From: Macrostomum lignano
Taxonomy: Eukaryota
Assembly: GCA_002269645.1 (NCBI GenBank)
Contig: NIVC01001040.1
Location: 65,769-129,768 of the forward strand
DNA length: 64,000 bases
Direction of reading: 5' to 3'
Shown here: one piece after another, positions 12,701 to 23,500 of the stretch
Numbering within the stretch: position 1 is the first letter of the stretch
Layout: each line of letters begins with the position of its first letter
Program-made: the position numbers and the translations under genes
Notes under the pieces: generated by a model
Databases searched by the model: none
What the model saw: only the letters and a program-made list of their open reading frames with translations
What the model was told of the DNA's origin: nothing

Positions 12701-13974
12701 AGATTTGAATTGTCAGACTTCTTAGCAGCAAAGTGAAATGCTGTTCTATCATCATCTCCCTTCAGCCGAAAGCAGTCAGTTCCGATCTGTCTCTTGATCC
12801 ACTCCAGCGACTCGATGCTCTGATGCTCAGCGGCCAAATGGACGGCCGTGTCACCTCTAGAGTCAGGAACTGTGAGACAGTCGCTGCCGAGCTCCTTCAC
12901 CAGCCACTTCAGATTTGAATTGTCAGACTTCTGAGCAGCAAAGTGAAATGCTGTTCTATCATCATCTCCCTTCAGCTGAAAGCAGTCAGTTCCGATCTGT
13001 CCCTTGATCCACTCCAGCGACTCGATGCCCTGATGCTGAGCGGCCAAATGGACGGCCGTGTTACCGCATTTGTCAGGAACTGTGAGACAGTCGCTGCCGA
13101 GCTCCTTCACCAGCCACTTCAGATTTGAATTGTCAGACTTCTGAGCAGCAATGTGAAATGCTGTTCTATTCCAAAACCCTCCCTTCAGCCGAAAGCAGTC
13201 AGTTCCGATCTGTCTCTTGATCCACTCCAGCGACTCGATGCCCTGATGCTGAGCGGCCAAATGGACGGCCGTGGTACCGTATTCGTTAGGAACTCTGAGA
13301 CAGTCGCTGCCGAGCTCCTTCACCAGCCACTTCAGCATTGAATTGTCCGACTTCTGAGCAGCAAAGTGAAATGCTGTTCTATCCCACAATCCCTTCAGCC
13401 GAAAGCAGTCAATTCCGATCCGTCTCTTGATCCACTCCAGCGACTCGATGCCCTGATGCTGAGCGACCAAATGGACGGCCGTGTCACCGAGTGAGTCAGG
13501 AACTGTGAGACAGTCGCTGCCGAGCTCCTTCACCAGCCACTTCAGACAAGAGTTGCTTTTTCTGTTCATAGCGGCAAAGTGAGCGAATGTCTTTTCCCAT
13601 GTACCGACAATTCTAAAGCAGCCTCTGCCTACCTTCTTTTTAACCAGCTCCATCCAAGACTCGTCCTGATGCTGGGCAGCCAAGTCCACTGGAGTCTCAC
13701 CTCCTAACAAAAAACTGCGATCATTTCTACGTGTCAGACAGTCGGGTCCGAATCTGTCAATCAGCAGCTCCAAGCACGACGAGCTCACCGGCTTGCAGGC
13801 CACGTGATGGGCCAGCGGCATTTTGCGAAGCTCTTCAAAGGGAAAGTCTATCTTGTCGAACCCGCCCACCTCCAGCTCGATGTTGCTGCCGACCTCACCG
13901 CACAGTCGCTGCAGCTCCTCGCTGTCTCCAGCCTCCAGCGCCGCTCTCAGCTTCCGCTCCATCTCTGTTGCCAT
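9218..13974 (-). CDS. Ankyrin-repeat plus STE/MAP3K-like Ser/Thr protein kinase, 4 coding exons, 845 aa
   Basis: join complement(9218..9703, 9889..10273, 11217..11303, 12395..13974) = 2538 nt. All introns are GT-AG with consistent phases 2, 2, 0. Kinase motifs [32 protein letters not shown] and DVWAFG are intact. The start codon (gtagccATGG) is inferred. Confidence 0.88.
9756..9850. repeat. 11-bp intronic tandem repeat (actgatcccac)
   Basis: Direct periodicity inside kinase intron 3. Confidence 0.9.
9889..10273 (-). CDS. ANK-kinase exon 3 (kinase N-lobe)
   Basis: Acceptor catgtttcag|C, donor CAG|gtgtgt; [23 protein letters not shown]...HPNIVQF; 385 nt. Confidence 0.93.
10345..11105. repeat. 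16-bp intronic minisatellite (ttctgcgtcaccaccc), ~47 copies
   Basis: Direct periodicity. Confidence 0.96.
11217..11303 (-). CDS. ANK-kinase exon 2 (Pro-rich linker [29 protein letters not shown])
   Basis: Acceptor ttcctacag, donor CG|gtgaga; 87 nt, symmetric phase 2-2, joins the ankyrin exon to the kinase in frame. Confidence 0.8.
11630..12245. repeat. 20-bp intronic minisatellite (ggcgccatggggagattgga), ~30 copies
   Basis: Direct periodicity. Confidence 0.95.
12395..13974 (-). CDS. ANK-kinase exon 1 (ankyrin-repeat array)
   Basis: Five ~70-aa (210-bp) modules, each with two ankyrin motifs (TAFHFAA and GxTAVHLAA), plus two degenerate N-terminal repeats; donor GG|gtgagt at 12394. Confidence 0.92.
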
Positions 13975-14586
13975 GGCTACACTGCTTCTCCTAGCAGCGC
14001 TTCTCTGCCGATCTGCTGTCTGCCGCAGCTGTTCCACACGGCTTCAAACTGAGTGCTTTGCTCTTCTTCAAGCGAATTTGCCTGCCAGCTCAGCAGCAGC
14101 AGCAAAAGTCCGGCTGTCACGGACTGAAATCTCTGAGCTCTCCTGTGCAGAGAAATTTGTTTAAATGGACTGAGGCCGATTCTCTTCTCTGACCCAGCGG
14201 CTGAGTTTGAGGGCTGATTGGGTGCCAGGGGGCCCGGCAGCTGCTCTGCTCAGCGGGGTGAGAGATGCAGGAGCAGTGAGATGCTGCGAGCTCTGCTGAG
14301 TTAAACAATGAGAGCTGACTGTGGCTGCGTGCTCGGCATAGCAAGTGCATTGTCAGTGGGCAGGGGTGAAGGGGCGGCAGCTGAGACACGAGGGGAGAGA
14401 GATGGAGAGGGGAGGGAGGGCAGGGCTGAGGCCTGGAAACCAAGCGGAGCTCTCTGACGATTTTCAATTTAGTTTGCAATTGTATGGCAAATATTTTGCA
14501 GAAAAATGCTTATGACTGAGGATTTTCTGTTGCTGAACTCGAAATAGATGGAGACTGGTCGCTTGGGTTTGCCAGCGACACTTTAC

Positions 14587-15205
14587 ATCAGTATCTAACA
14601 GGTGACATCAGTATCTAACAGGTGACATCAGTATGTAACAGGTGACATCAGTATCTAACAGGTGACATCAGTATCTAACAGGTGACATCAGTATCTAACA
14701 GGTGACATCGGTATCTAACAGGTGACATCAGTATCTAACAGGTGACACCAGTATCTAACAGGTGACATCAGTATCTAACAGGTGACATCGGTATCTAACA
14801 GGTGACATCAGTATCTAACAGGTGACATCGGTATCTAACAGGTGACACCAGTATCTAACATGTGACACCAGTATCTAACAGGTGACACCAGTATCTAACA
14901 TGTGACACCAGTATCTAACAGGTGACACCAGTATCTAACGGGTGACATCGGTATCTAACAGGTGACACCAGTATCTATCGGGTGACACCAGTATCTAACA
15001 GGTGACACCAGTATCTAACGGGTGACATCAGTATCTAACAGGTGACATCAGTATCTAACAGGTGACACCAGTATCTAACGGGTGACATCGGTATCTAACA
15101 GGTGACACCAGTATCTAACGGGTGACATCGGTATCTAACGGGTGACATCGGTATCTAACGGGTGACATCAGTATCTAACGGGTGACATCAGTATCTAACG
15201 GGTGA
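14587..15205. repeat. 20-bp minisatellite (tcagtatctaacaggtgaca), ~31 copies
   Basis: Direct periodicity. Confidence 0.95.
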
Positions 15206-15705
15206 GTGGCCACTGGAGAGACCGCGCGTTAGTGCCCAGTGGACGAAAAATATCGCACCACTTAACTAATCAATAATTAATTCGTCACTTGACAGTCATG
15301 ATACTTGATTTTCTGATTTAAATTTAGTGAAATTTAATTTCCACGACACGCACAATTTGTGCACGAATTTGAAAGTTGGATTCAATTTCCTTGGATTGAT
15401 GCTTTGAAAAAAATTACCTGATCGAAGAAATGATCTATTAAAATTGCTATTTTTTAATTGCTTGGTTTAGAGGACTGCTGACTTTAACTATATACATCCA
15501 GGGTGTCCTAGTAGCTTGACTACGGGCTACTGTGGTATATTTTGATTCGGTAAATATTTCATGTAACATAATATCCGCTAACATCCGCATAGAGAAGCTA
15601 TTATTTTGTATGGGCTAATTGGGGAATTAAAGCAAGCTTACGCGCAAATATTTTAATGTTTTTTTAGCATGTAGATATTATGTCAAACATTTGGAAAGTC
15701 TCGCA

Positions 15706-15761
15706 TCAACGCTTGACTTCAAACTTGACGTCTTTGCACTCGTTGATTGTTTCGCAAGAAT
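15706..15761 (-). CDS. Prohormone exon 3 (neurophysin C-terminus DSCETINEC...KR*)
   Basis: Acceptor tttctatttcag|AT, phase 1; TGA at 15706-15708. Confidence 0.9.
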
Positions 15762-16868
15762 CTGAAATAGAAAAAAAGTCAGTAAACATATCTGGATTGT
15801 GAAATATTTTATTTGAAACTTTCTATTTGGTAGAGAAGGAACAGCTTCTTACCAGCAGTGCAGCAGATGCCTCTGGAAGCGCAGCGACCCTTGCCTCCCA
15901 GACAGACGGTGGCGACGCGACCGCAGCCCAGGACTTTCGCTGGCAGACGGCGGCACGCGGTGGTGTCCGGGCCGAAGCCGACGCGACATCCGCCGTGGGG
16001 GTGACAGCAGATGGTGCGGCCGAAACAGCGGCCCCAGCCGTGGGAGCAGCTCAGACAGGGACCGTTGATGGTATTGGTTGCCGGTACATGACTGCCTGCA
16101 GGTTTGAAGTTATGGTAGAATTTAAAATACCTGCGTTTGGATTCGGCGTGCCGTTACATTAATTTGAGGTTCAAGGCCCAGGGCTGGCTGGCCATCTCAA
16201 AATGCCCACAGTGTGCATACTGTTGTAGCACAGTGGTACAGCGTCGGACTCACGACTTACAGGTCGGGGGTTCGATTCCCGATCCCACTAAAACAATTTG
16301 TGTCCTTGAGCAAGGACAACTTAACTCTGCATTGCTTCAGTTCGCAAAGCTGTAAAATGGGTGCCAGCATTAGCTGGGGTAATAGAGGGTGTGTGTGGAG
16401 ACAACCCCGGTCCTTGGACTGAACAGCCGTACGCAGCCTTCAGATGCGCCGTGATATAGCTGCGGCTGAGCTGTCGGTTGCACATCTGGCCCAACTGAGG
16501 CAGGTGTAATAAAGTATTATTATTATTATTATACTGCTGTACACTCAGAGTGTGCGCCTGCGTGCTCAGGTGTCCGTGGAATGGCATTGACTGCTGGACT
16601 TCTTGCTGACGGCTGTGGTTATTAAAGCCCCCCTTCTGATGAGTTGCCTGTTTGGCTTCAAAATTTTGCAGATTGTAAACAGGACTGCCTGCGACTCACC
16701 AGTTTCATCAGCTTGCATCGACGCCAATTCAAACTCGTCTATCGAGCGTTTCTTCTTGCCGCCTGGCGCACAGTTTTCCATGAAACAGGCGCCGCAGCAA
16801 TGCAACAGGTATGCCAGGCACAGAAGAGCCACGAGCTTGCGTTGAGCTGTTGTCGTCTTGTAGGCCAT
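15706..16868 (-). CDS. Vasopressin/oxytocin (conopressin/vasotocin-type)-neurophysin preprohormone, 3 exons, 155 aa
   Basis: join complement(15706..15761, 15853..16095, 16700..16868) = 468 nt: MAYKTTTAQRKLVALLCLAYLLHCCGA|CFMENCAPG|GKKKR|SIDEFELASMQADETGSHVPATNTINGPCLSCSHGWGRCFGRTICCHPHGGCRVGFGPDTTACRRLPAKVLGCGRVATVCLGGKGRCASRGICCTADSCETINECKDVKFEVKR*. Signal peptide, Cys1-Cys6 nonapeptide, Gly amide donor with basic cleavage site, and a 14-Cys neurophysin. Confidence 0.95.
15853..16095 (-). CDS. Prohormone exon 2 (neurophysin core)
   Basis: Acceptor aacctgcag|GC, donor G|gtaaga; 243 nt; CxxC...GRCFG..ICC...GRCA..GICC pattern. Confidence 0.95.
16228..16530 (+). mobile_element. tRNA-derived CORE-type SINE in prohormone intron 1
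   Basis: A-box-like tagcacagtggt, B-box ggttcgattcc, CORE/MIR-like gtgtccttgagcaagg...cttaac...ctgtaaaatggg, aataaa plus (tta)n tail. 11-bp TSD atactgYtgta at 16217-16227 and 16531-16541. Confidence 0.8.
16700..16868 (-). CDS. Prohormone exon 1 (signal peptide, nonapeptide CFMENCAPG, GKKKR, acidic spacer)
   Basis: ATG at 16868, donor G|gtgagt at 16699; nonapeptide codons at 16761-16787. Confidence 0.95.
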
Positions 16869-17595
16869 TGTTAGTTTCTGTAAAATAGAAAGAGAAGTAT
16901 TCGATAGTAGCTGATACTATCGAAAAAAGCCACAGAACTCTTAACGGTTCCTGGATATTGAAAAGCTCGGTGCAGCCAGCTGTGCTACTGCAAGTACTGA
17001 ATATGGCTCGCTTGACTGCAATCTGCATGAATTTGTGTCTGACTTTGCTGCCTTCACTTCACCCTGCTGTGGCACCTCATCAATGGCGCTTTGTGCTCAA
17101 ATGCAGTTTATTTATAAATTTATTAATAATTTTGCATTTTGTACTCACGGTTTATTTTGCTAATCTTTATACACAGTTCAGGTGTGCATTTTGTAATCCA
17201 CCTTTGATAATCTTTGGATTTATTTATCCGGTGCAACAGACTGACCCTGCTTCTACTCGCCCCGACCCTAGCCATCCAAGCAGCTCCAGACCAGCCGAGC
17301 TCAATGCCCAGAGGACAATGGCGAAGCTGAGGTTTAAGGGCCGAGCCGGCAGCCTGCGAACGCGTGTCAAAAGAAGGCTCGCTGCAAATGCTTTTTTAGG
17401 AGGGGGGGGGGTTGATGGCTGCCTAAAAGCGGCAAAGAGACAAGATGCGTGAGCGCCAACCCTGCCCCGCTCAAACCATTCACTGCTTTGCATTGCGCTT
17501 GTGCTCTCAGCTAAAATTTACTGCCTTTGATATTCGGCACTTCGTGTTTTCAGATGCGAGCCTCCCACTCATATTGGGCGTTTAGAATTAGGGAG

Positions 17596-20500
17596 AGGGG
17601 CAGGGAGAGACAGGCTGGGATGTAAGGTGAGGGGCAGGGAGAGAGACAGGCTGGGATGTAAGGTGAGGGGCAGGGAGAGAGACAGGCTGGGATGTAGGGT
17701 GAGGAGCAGGGAGAGAGACAGGCTGGGATGTAGGGTGAGGGGCAGGGAGAGAAACAGGCTGGGATGTAGGGTGAGGAGCAGGGAGAGAGACAGGCTGGGA
17801 TGTAGGGTGAGGAGCAGGGAGAGAGACAGGCTGGGATGTAGGGTGAGGAGCAGGGAGAGAGACAGGCTGGGATGTAAGGTGAGGGGCAGGGAGAGAGACA
17901 GGCTGGGATGTAGGGTGAGGAGCAGGGAGAGAGACAGGCTGGGATGTAGGGTGAGGGGCAGGGAGAGAAACAGGCTGGGATGTAGGGTGAGGAGCAGGGA
18001 GAGAGACAGGCTGGGATGTAGGGTGAGGAGCAGGGAGAGAGACAGGCTGGGATGTAGGGTGAGGAGCAGGGAGAGAGACAGGCTGAGATGTAGGGTGAGG
18101 GGCAGGGAGAGAGACAGGCTGGGATGTAGGGTGAGGAGCAGGGAGAGAGACAGGCTGGGATGTAGGGTGAGGGGCAGGGAGAGAGACAGGCTGGGATGTA
18201 GGGTGAGGAGCAGGGAGAGAGACAGGCTGGGATGTAGGGTGAGGGGCAGGGAGGGAGAAAGGCTGGGATGTAGGGTGTGGGGCAGGGAGGGAGAAAGGCT
18301 GGGATGTAGGGTGAGGGGCAGGGAGAGAGACCGGCTGGGATGTAGGGTGAGGGGCAGGGAGGGAGAAAGGCTGGGATGTAGGGTGAGGGGCAGGGAGAGA
18401 GACAGGCTGGGATGTAAGGTGAGGGGCAGGGAGAGAGACAGGCTAGGATGTAGGGTGAGGGGCAGGGAGAGAGACAGGCTGGGATGTAGGGTGAGGGGCA
18501 GGGAGAGAAACAGGCTGGGATGTAGGGTGAGGGGCAGGGAGAGAGACAGGCTGGGATGTAGGGTGAGGAGCAGGGAGAGAGACAGGCTGGGATGTAGGGT
18601 GAGGAGCAGGGAGAGAGACAGGCTGGGATGTAGGGTGAGGGGCAGGGAGAGAGACAGGCTAGGATGTAGGGTGAGGAGCAGGGAGAGAGAAAGGCTGGGA
18701 TGTAGGGTGAGGAGCAGGGAGAGAGACAGGCTGGGATGTAGGGTGAGGAGCAGGGAGAGAGACAGGCTGGGATGTAGGGTGAGGGGCAGGGAGGGAGAAA
18801 GGCTGGGATGTAGGGTGTGGGGCAGGGAGGGAGAAAGGCTGGGATGTAGGGTGAGGGGCAGGGAGAGAGACAGGCTGGGATGTAGGGTGAGGGGCAGGGA
18901 GGGAGAAAGGCTGGGATGTAGGGTGAGGGGCAGGGAGAGAGACAGGCTGGGATGTAGGGTGAGGGGCAGGGAGGGAGAAAGGCTGGGATGTAGGGTGAGG
19001 GGCAGGGAGAGAGACAGGCTGGGATGTAGGGTGAGGGGCAGGGAGATAGACAGGCTAGGATGTAGGGTGAGGGGCAGGGAGAGAGACAGGCTGGGATGTA
19101 GGGTGAGGGGCAGGGAGAGACAGGCTGGGATCTAGGGTTAGGGGCAGGGAGAGAGACAGGCTGTGATGTAGGGTGAGGGGCAGTATGAGCGACAGGCTGG
19201 GATGTAGGGTGAGGGGCAGGGAGAGAGACAGGCTGGGATGTAGGGTTAGGCGCGGGGAGATGCAGGCTGGGATGTAGGGTGAGGGGCGGGGAGATACAGG
19301 CTGGGATGTAGGGTGAGGGGCAGGGAGAGAGACCGGCTGGGATGTAGGGTGAGGGGCAGGGAGAGAGACAGGCTGGGATGCAGGGTGAGGGGCAGGGAGG
19401 GAGAAAGGCTGGGATGTAGGGTGAGGGGCAGGGAGAGAGACAGGCTGGGATGTAAGGTGAGGGGCAGGGAGGGAGAAAGGCTGGGATGTAAGGTGAGGGG
19501 CAGGGAGAGAGACAAGCTGGGATGTAGGGTGAGGGGCAGGGAGAGAGACAGGCTGGGATGTAGGGTGAGGAGCAGGGAGAGAGACAGGCTGGGATGTAGG
19601 GTGAGGGGCAGGGAGGGAGAAAGGCTGGGATGTAGGGTGTGGGGCAGGGAGGGAGAAAGGCTGGGATGTAGGGTGAGGGGCAGGGAGAGAGACAGGCTGG
19701 GATGTAGGGTGAGGGGCAGGGAGGGAGAAAGGCTGGGATGTAGGGTGAGGGGCAGGGAGAGAGACAGGCTGGGATGTAGGGTGAGGGGCAGGGAGGGAGA
19801 AAGGCTGGGATGTAGGGTGAGGGGCAGGGAGAGAGACAGGCTGGGATGTAGGGTGAGGGGCTGGGAGATAGACAGGCTAGGATGTAGGGTGAGGGGCAGG
19901 GAGAGAGACAGGCTGGGATGTAGGGTGAGGGGCAGGGAGAGACAGGCTGGGATCTAGGGTTAGGGGCAGGGAGAGAGACAGGCTGTGATGTAGGGTGAGG
20001 GGCAGTATGAGCGACAGGCTGGGATGTAGGGTGAGGGGCAGGGAGAGAGACAGGCTGGGATGTAGGGTTAGGCGCGGGGAGATGCAGGCTGGGATGTAGG
20101 GTGAGGGGCGGGGAGATACAGGCTGGGATGTAGGGTGAGGGGCAGGGAGAGAGACCGGCTGGGATGTAGGGTGAGGGGCAGGGAGAGAGACAGGCTGGGA
20201 TGCAGGGTGAGGGGCAGGGAGGGAGAAAGGCTGGGATGTAGGGTGAGGGGCAGGGAGAGAGACAGGCTGGGATGTAAGGTGAGGGGCAGGGAGGGAGAAA
20301 GGCTGGGATGTAAGGTGAGGGGCAGGGAGAGAGACAAGCTGGGATGTAGGGTGAGGGGCAGGGAGAGAGACAGGCTAGGATGTAGGGTGAGGAGCAGGGA
20401 GAGAGACAGGCTGGGATGTAGGGTGAGGGGCAGGGAGGGAGACAGGCTGGGATCTAGGGTGAGGGGCAGGGAGAGAGACAGGCTGTGATGTAGGGTGAGG

Positions 20501-23500
20501 GGCAGTATGAGCGACAGGCTGGGATGTAGGGTGAGGGGCAGTGAGGGAGACAGGCTGGGATGTAGGGTGAGGCGCGGGGAGATACAGGCTGGGATGTAGG
20601 GTGAGGGGCAGGGAGAGAAACAGGCTGGGATGTAGGGTGAGGGGCAGGGAGAGAGACCGGCTGGGATGTAGGGTGAGGGGCAGGGAGAGAGACAGGCTGG
20701 GATGCAGGGTGAGGGACAAGAAGAGATAGGCTGGGATGTAGGGTGAGGGGCAGGGAGGGAGACAGGCTGGGATGTAGGGTGAGGGGCAGGGAGAGAGACA
20801 GGCTTGGATGTAGGGTGAGGGGCAGGGAGAGAGACAGGCTGGGATGTAGAGTGAGGGGCAGGGAGAGAGACAGGCTGGGATGCAGGGTGAGGGACAAGAA
20901 GAGATAGGCTGGGATGCAGTGTGAGGGACAAGAAGAGATAGGCTGGGATGTAGGGTGAGGGGCAGGGAGGGAGAAAGGCTGGGATGTAGGGTGAGGGGCA
21001 GGGAGAGAGACAGGCTGGGATGTAGGGTGAGGGGCAGGGAGAGAGACAGGCTGGGATGTAGGGTGAGGGGCAGGGAGAGAGACAGGCTGGGATGCAGGGT
21101 GAGGGACAAGAAGAGATAGGCTGGGATGCAGGGTGAGGGACAAGAAGAGATAGGCTGGGATGTAGGGTGAGGGGCAGGGAGAGAGACAGGCTGGGATGTA
21201 GGGTGAGGGGCAGGGAGAGAGAAAGGCTGTGATGTAGGGTGAGGGGCAGTATGAGCGACAGGCTGGGATGTAGGGTGAGGGGCAGTGAGGGAGACAGGCT
21301 GGGATGTAGGGTGAGGCGCGGGGAGATACAGGCTGGGATGTAGGGTGAGGGGCAGGGAGAGAAACAGGCTGGGATGTAGGGTGAGGGGCAGGGAGAGAGA
21401 CCGGCTGGGATGTAGGGTGAGGGGCAGGGAGAGAGACAGGCTGGGATGCAGGGTGAGGGACAAGAAGAGATAGGCTGGGATGTAGGGTGAGGGGCAGGGA
21501 GAGAGACAGGCTGGGATGTAGGGTGAGGGGCAGGGAGGGAGACAGGCTGGGATCTAGGGTGAGGGGCAGGGAGAGAGACAGGCTGGGATGTAGAGTGAGG
21601 GGCAGGGAGAGAGACAGGCTGGGATGCAGGGTGAGGGACAAGAAGAGATAGGCTGGGATGCAGTGTGAGGGACAAGAAGAGATAGGCTGGGATGTAGGGT
21701 GAGGGGCAGGGAGGGAGAAAGGCTGGGATGTAGGGTGAGGGGCAGGGAGAGAGACAGGCTGGGATGTAGGGTGAGGGGCAGGGAGAGAGACAGGCTGGGA
21801 TGTAGGGTAAGGGGCAGGGAGAGAGACAGGCTGGGATGCAGGGTGAGGGACAAGAAGAGATAGGCTGGGATGTAGGGTGAGGGGCAGGGAGGGAGACAGG
21901 CTGGGATGTAGGGTGAGGGGCAGGGAGAGAGACAGGCTTGGATGTAGGGTGAGGGGCAGGGAGAGAGACAGGCTGGGATGTAGGGTAAGGGGCAGGGAGA
22001 GAGACAGGCTGGGATGCAGGGTGAGGGACAAGAAGAGATAGGCTGGGATGTAGGGTGAGGGGCAGGGAGGGAGACAGGCTGGGATGTAGGGTGAGGGGCA
22101 GGGAGAGAGACAGGCTTGGATGTAGGGTGAGGGGCAGGGAGAGAGACAGGCTGGGATGTAGAGTGAGGGGCAGGGAGAGAGACAGGCTGGGATGCAGGGT
22201 GAGGGACAAGAAGAGATAGGCTGGGATGCAGTGTGAGGGACAAGAAGAGATAGGCTGGGATGTAGGGTGAGGGGCAGGGAGGGAGAAAGGCTGGGATGTA
22301 GGGTGAGGGGCAGGGAGAGAGACAGGCTGGGATGTAGGGTGAGGGGCAGGGAGAGAGACAGGCTGGGATGTAGGGTGAGGGGCAGGGAGAGAGACAGGCT
22401 GGGATGCAGGGTGAGGGACAAGAAGAGATAGGCTGGGATGCAGGGTGAGGGACAAGAAGAGATAGGCTGGGATGTAGGGTGAGGGGCAGGGAGAGAGACA
22501 GGCTGGGATGTAGGGTGAGGGGCAGGGAGAGAGAAAGGCTGTGATGTAGGGTGAGGGCAGTATGAGCGACAGGCTGGGATGTAGGGTGAGGGGCAGTGAG
22601 GGAGACAGGCTGGGATGTAGGGTGAGGCGCGGGGAGATACAGGCTGGGATGTAGGGTGAGGGGCAGGGAGAGAAACAGGCTGGGATGTAGGGTGAGGGGC
22701 AGGGAGAGAGACCGGCTGGGATGTAGGGTGAGGGGCAGGGAGAGAGACAGGCTGGGATGCAGGGTGAGGGACAAGAAGAGATAGGCTGGGATGTAGGGTG
22801 AGGGGCAGGGAGAGAGACAGGCTGGGATGTAGGGTGAGGGGCAGGGAGGGAGACAGGCTGGGATCTAGGGTGAGGGGCAGGGAGAGAGACAGGCTGGGAT
22901 GTAGAGTGAGGGGCAGGGAGAGAGACAGGCTGGGATGCAGGGTGAGGGACAAGAAGAGATAGGCTGGGATGCAGTGTGAGGGACAAGAAGAGATAGGCTG
23001 GGATGTAGGGTGAGGGGCAGGGAGGGAGAAAGGCTGGGATGTAGGGTGAGGGGCAGGGAGAGAGACAGGCTGGGATGTAGGGTGAGGGGCAGGGAGGGAG
23101 ACAGGCTGGGATCTAGGGTGAGGGGCAGGGAGAGAGACAGGCTGGGATGTAGAGTGAGGGGCAGGGAGAGAGACAGGCTGGGATGCAGGGTGAGGGACAA
23201 GAAGAGATAGGCTGGGATGCAGTGTGAGGGACAAGAAGAGATAGGCTGGGATGTAGGGTGAGGGGCAGGGAGGGAGAAAGGCTGGGATGTAGGGTGAGGG
23301 GCAGGGAGAGAGACAGGCTGGGATGTAGGGTGAGGGGCAGGGAGAGAGACAGGCTGGGATGTAGGGTGAGGGCAGGGAGAGAGACAGGCTGGGATGTAGG
23401 GTGAGGGGCAGGGAGAGAGAAAGGCTGGGATGTAGGGTGAGGGGCAGGGAGAGAGAAAGGCTGGGATGTAGGGTGAGGGGCAGGGAGAGAGACAGGCTGG

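Noticed and set aside
13975-14037. ORF-track start of the ankyrin protein at 14037
   Set aside because: That codon is GTG. The first ATG in good context is 13974.
15827-16162. Plus-strand 111-aa Ala-rich ORF, conserved at 47608
   Set aside because: It is the antisense shadow of the neurophysin exon; the minus frame has the diagnostic Cys pattern and splice sites.
16566-16699. C-terminal part of the 100-aa ORF, suggesting a neurophysin-less precursor
   Set aside because: A GTGAGT donor at 16699 splices in phase to the neurophysin exon, so this part is intron.
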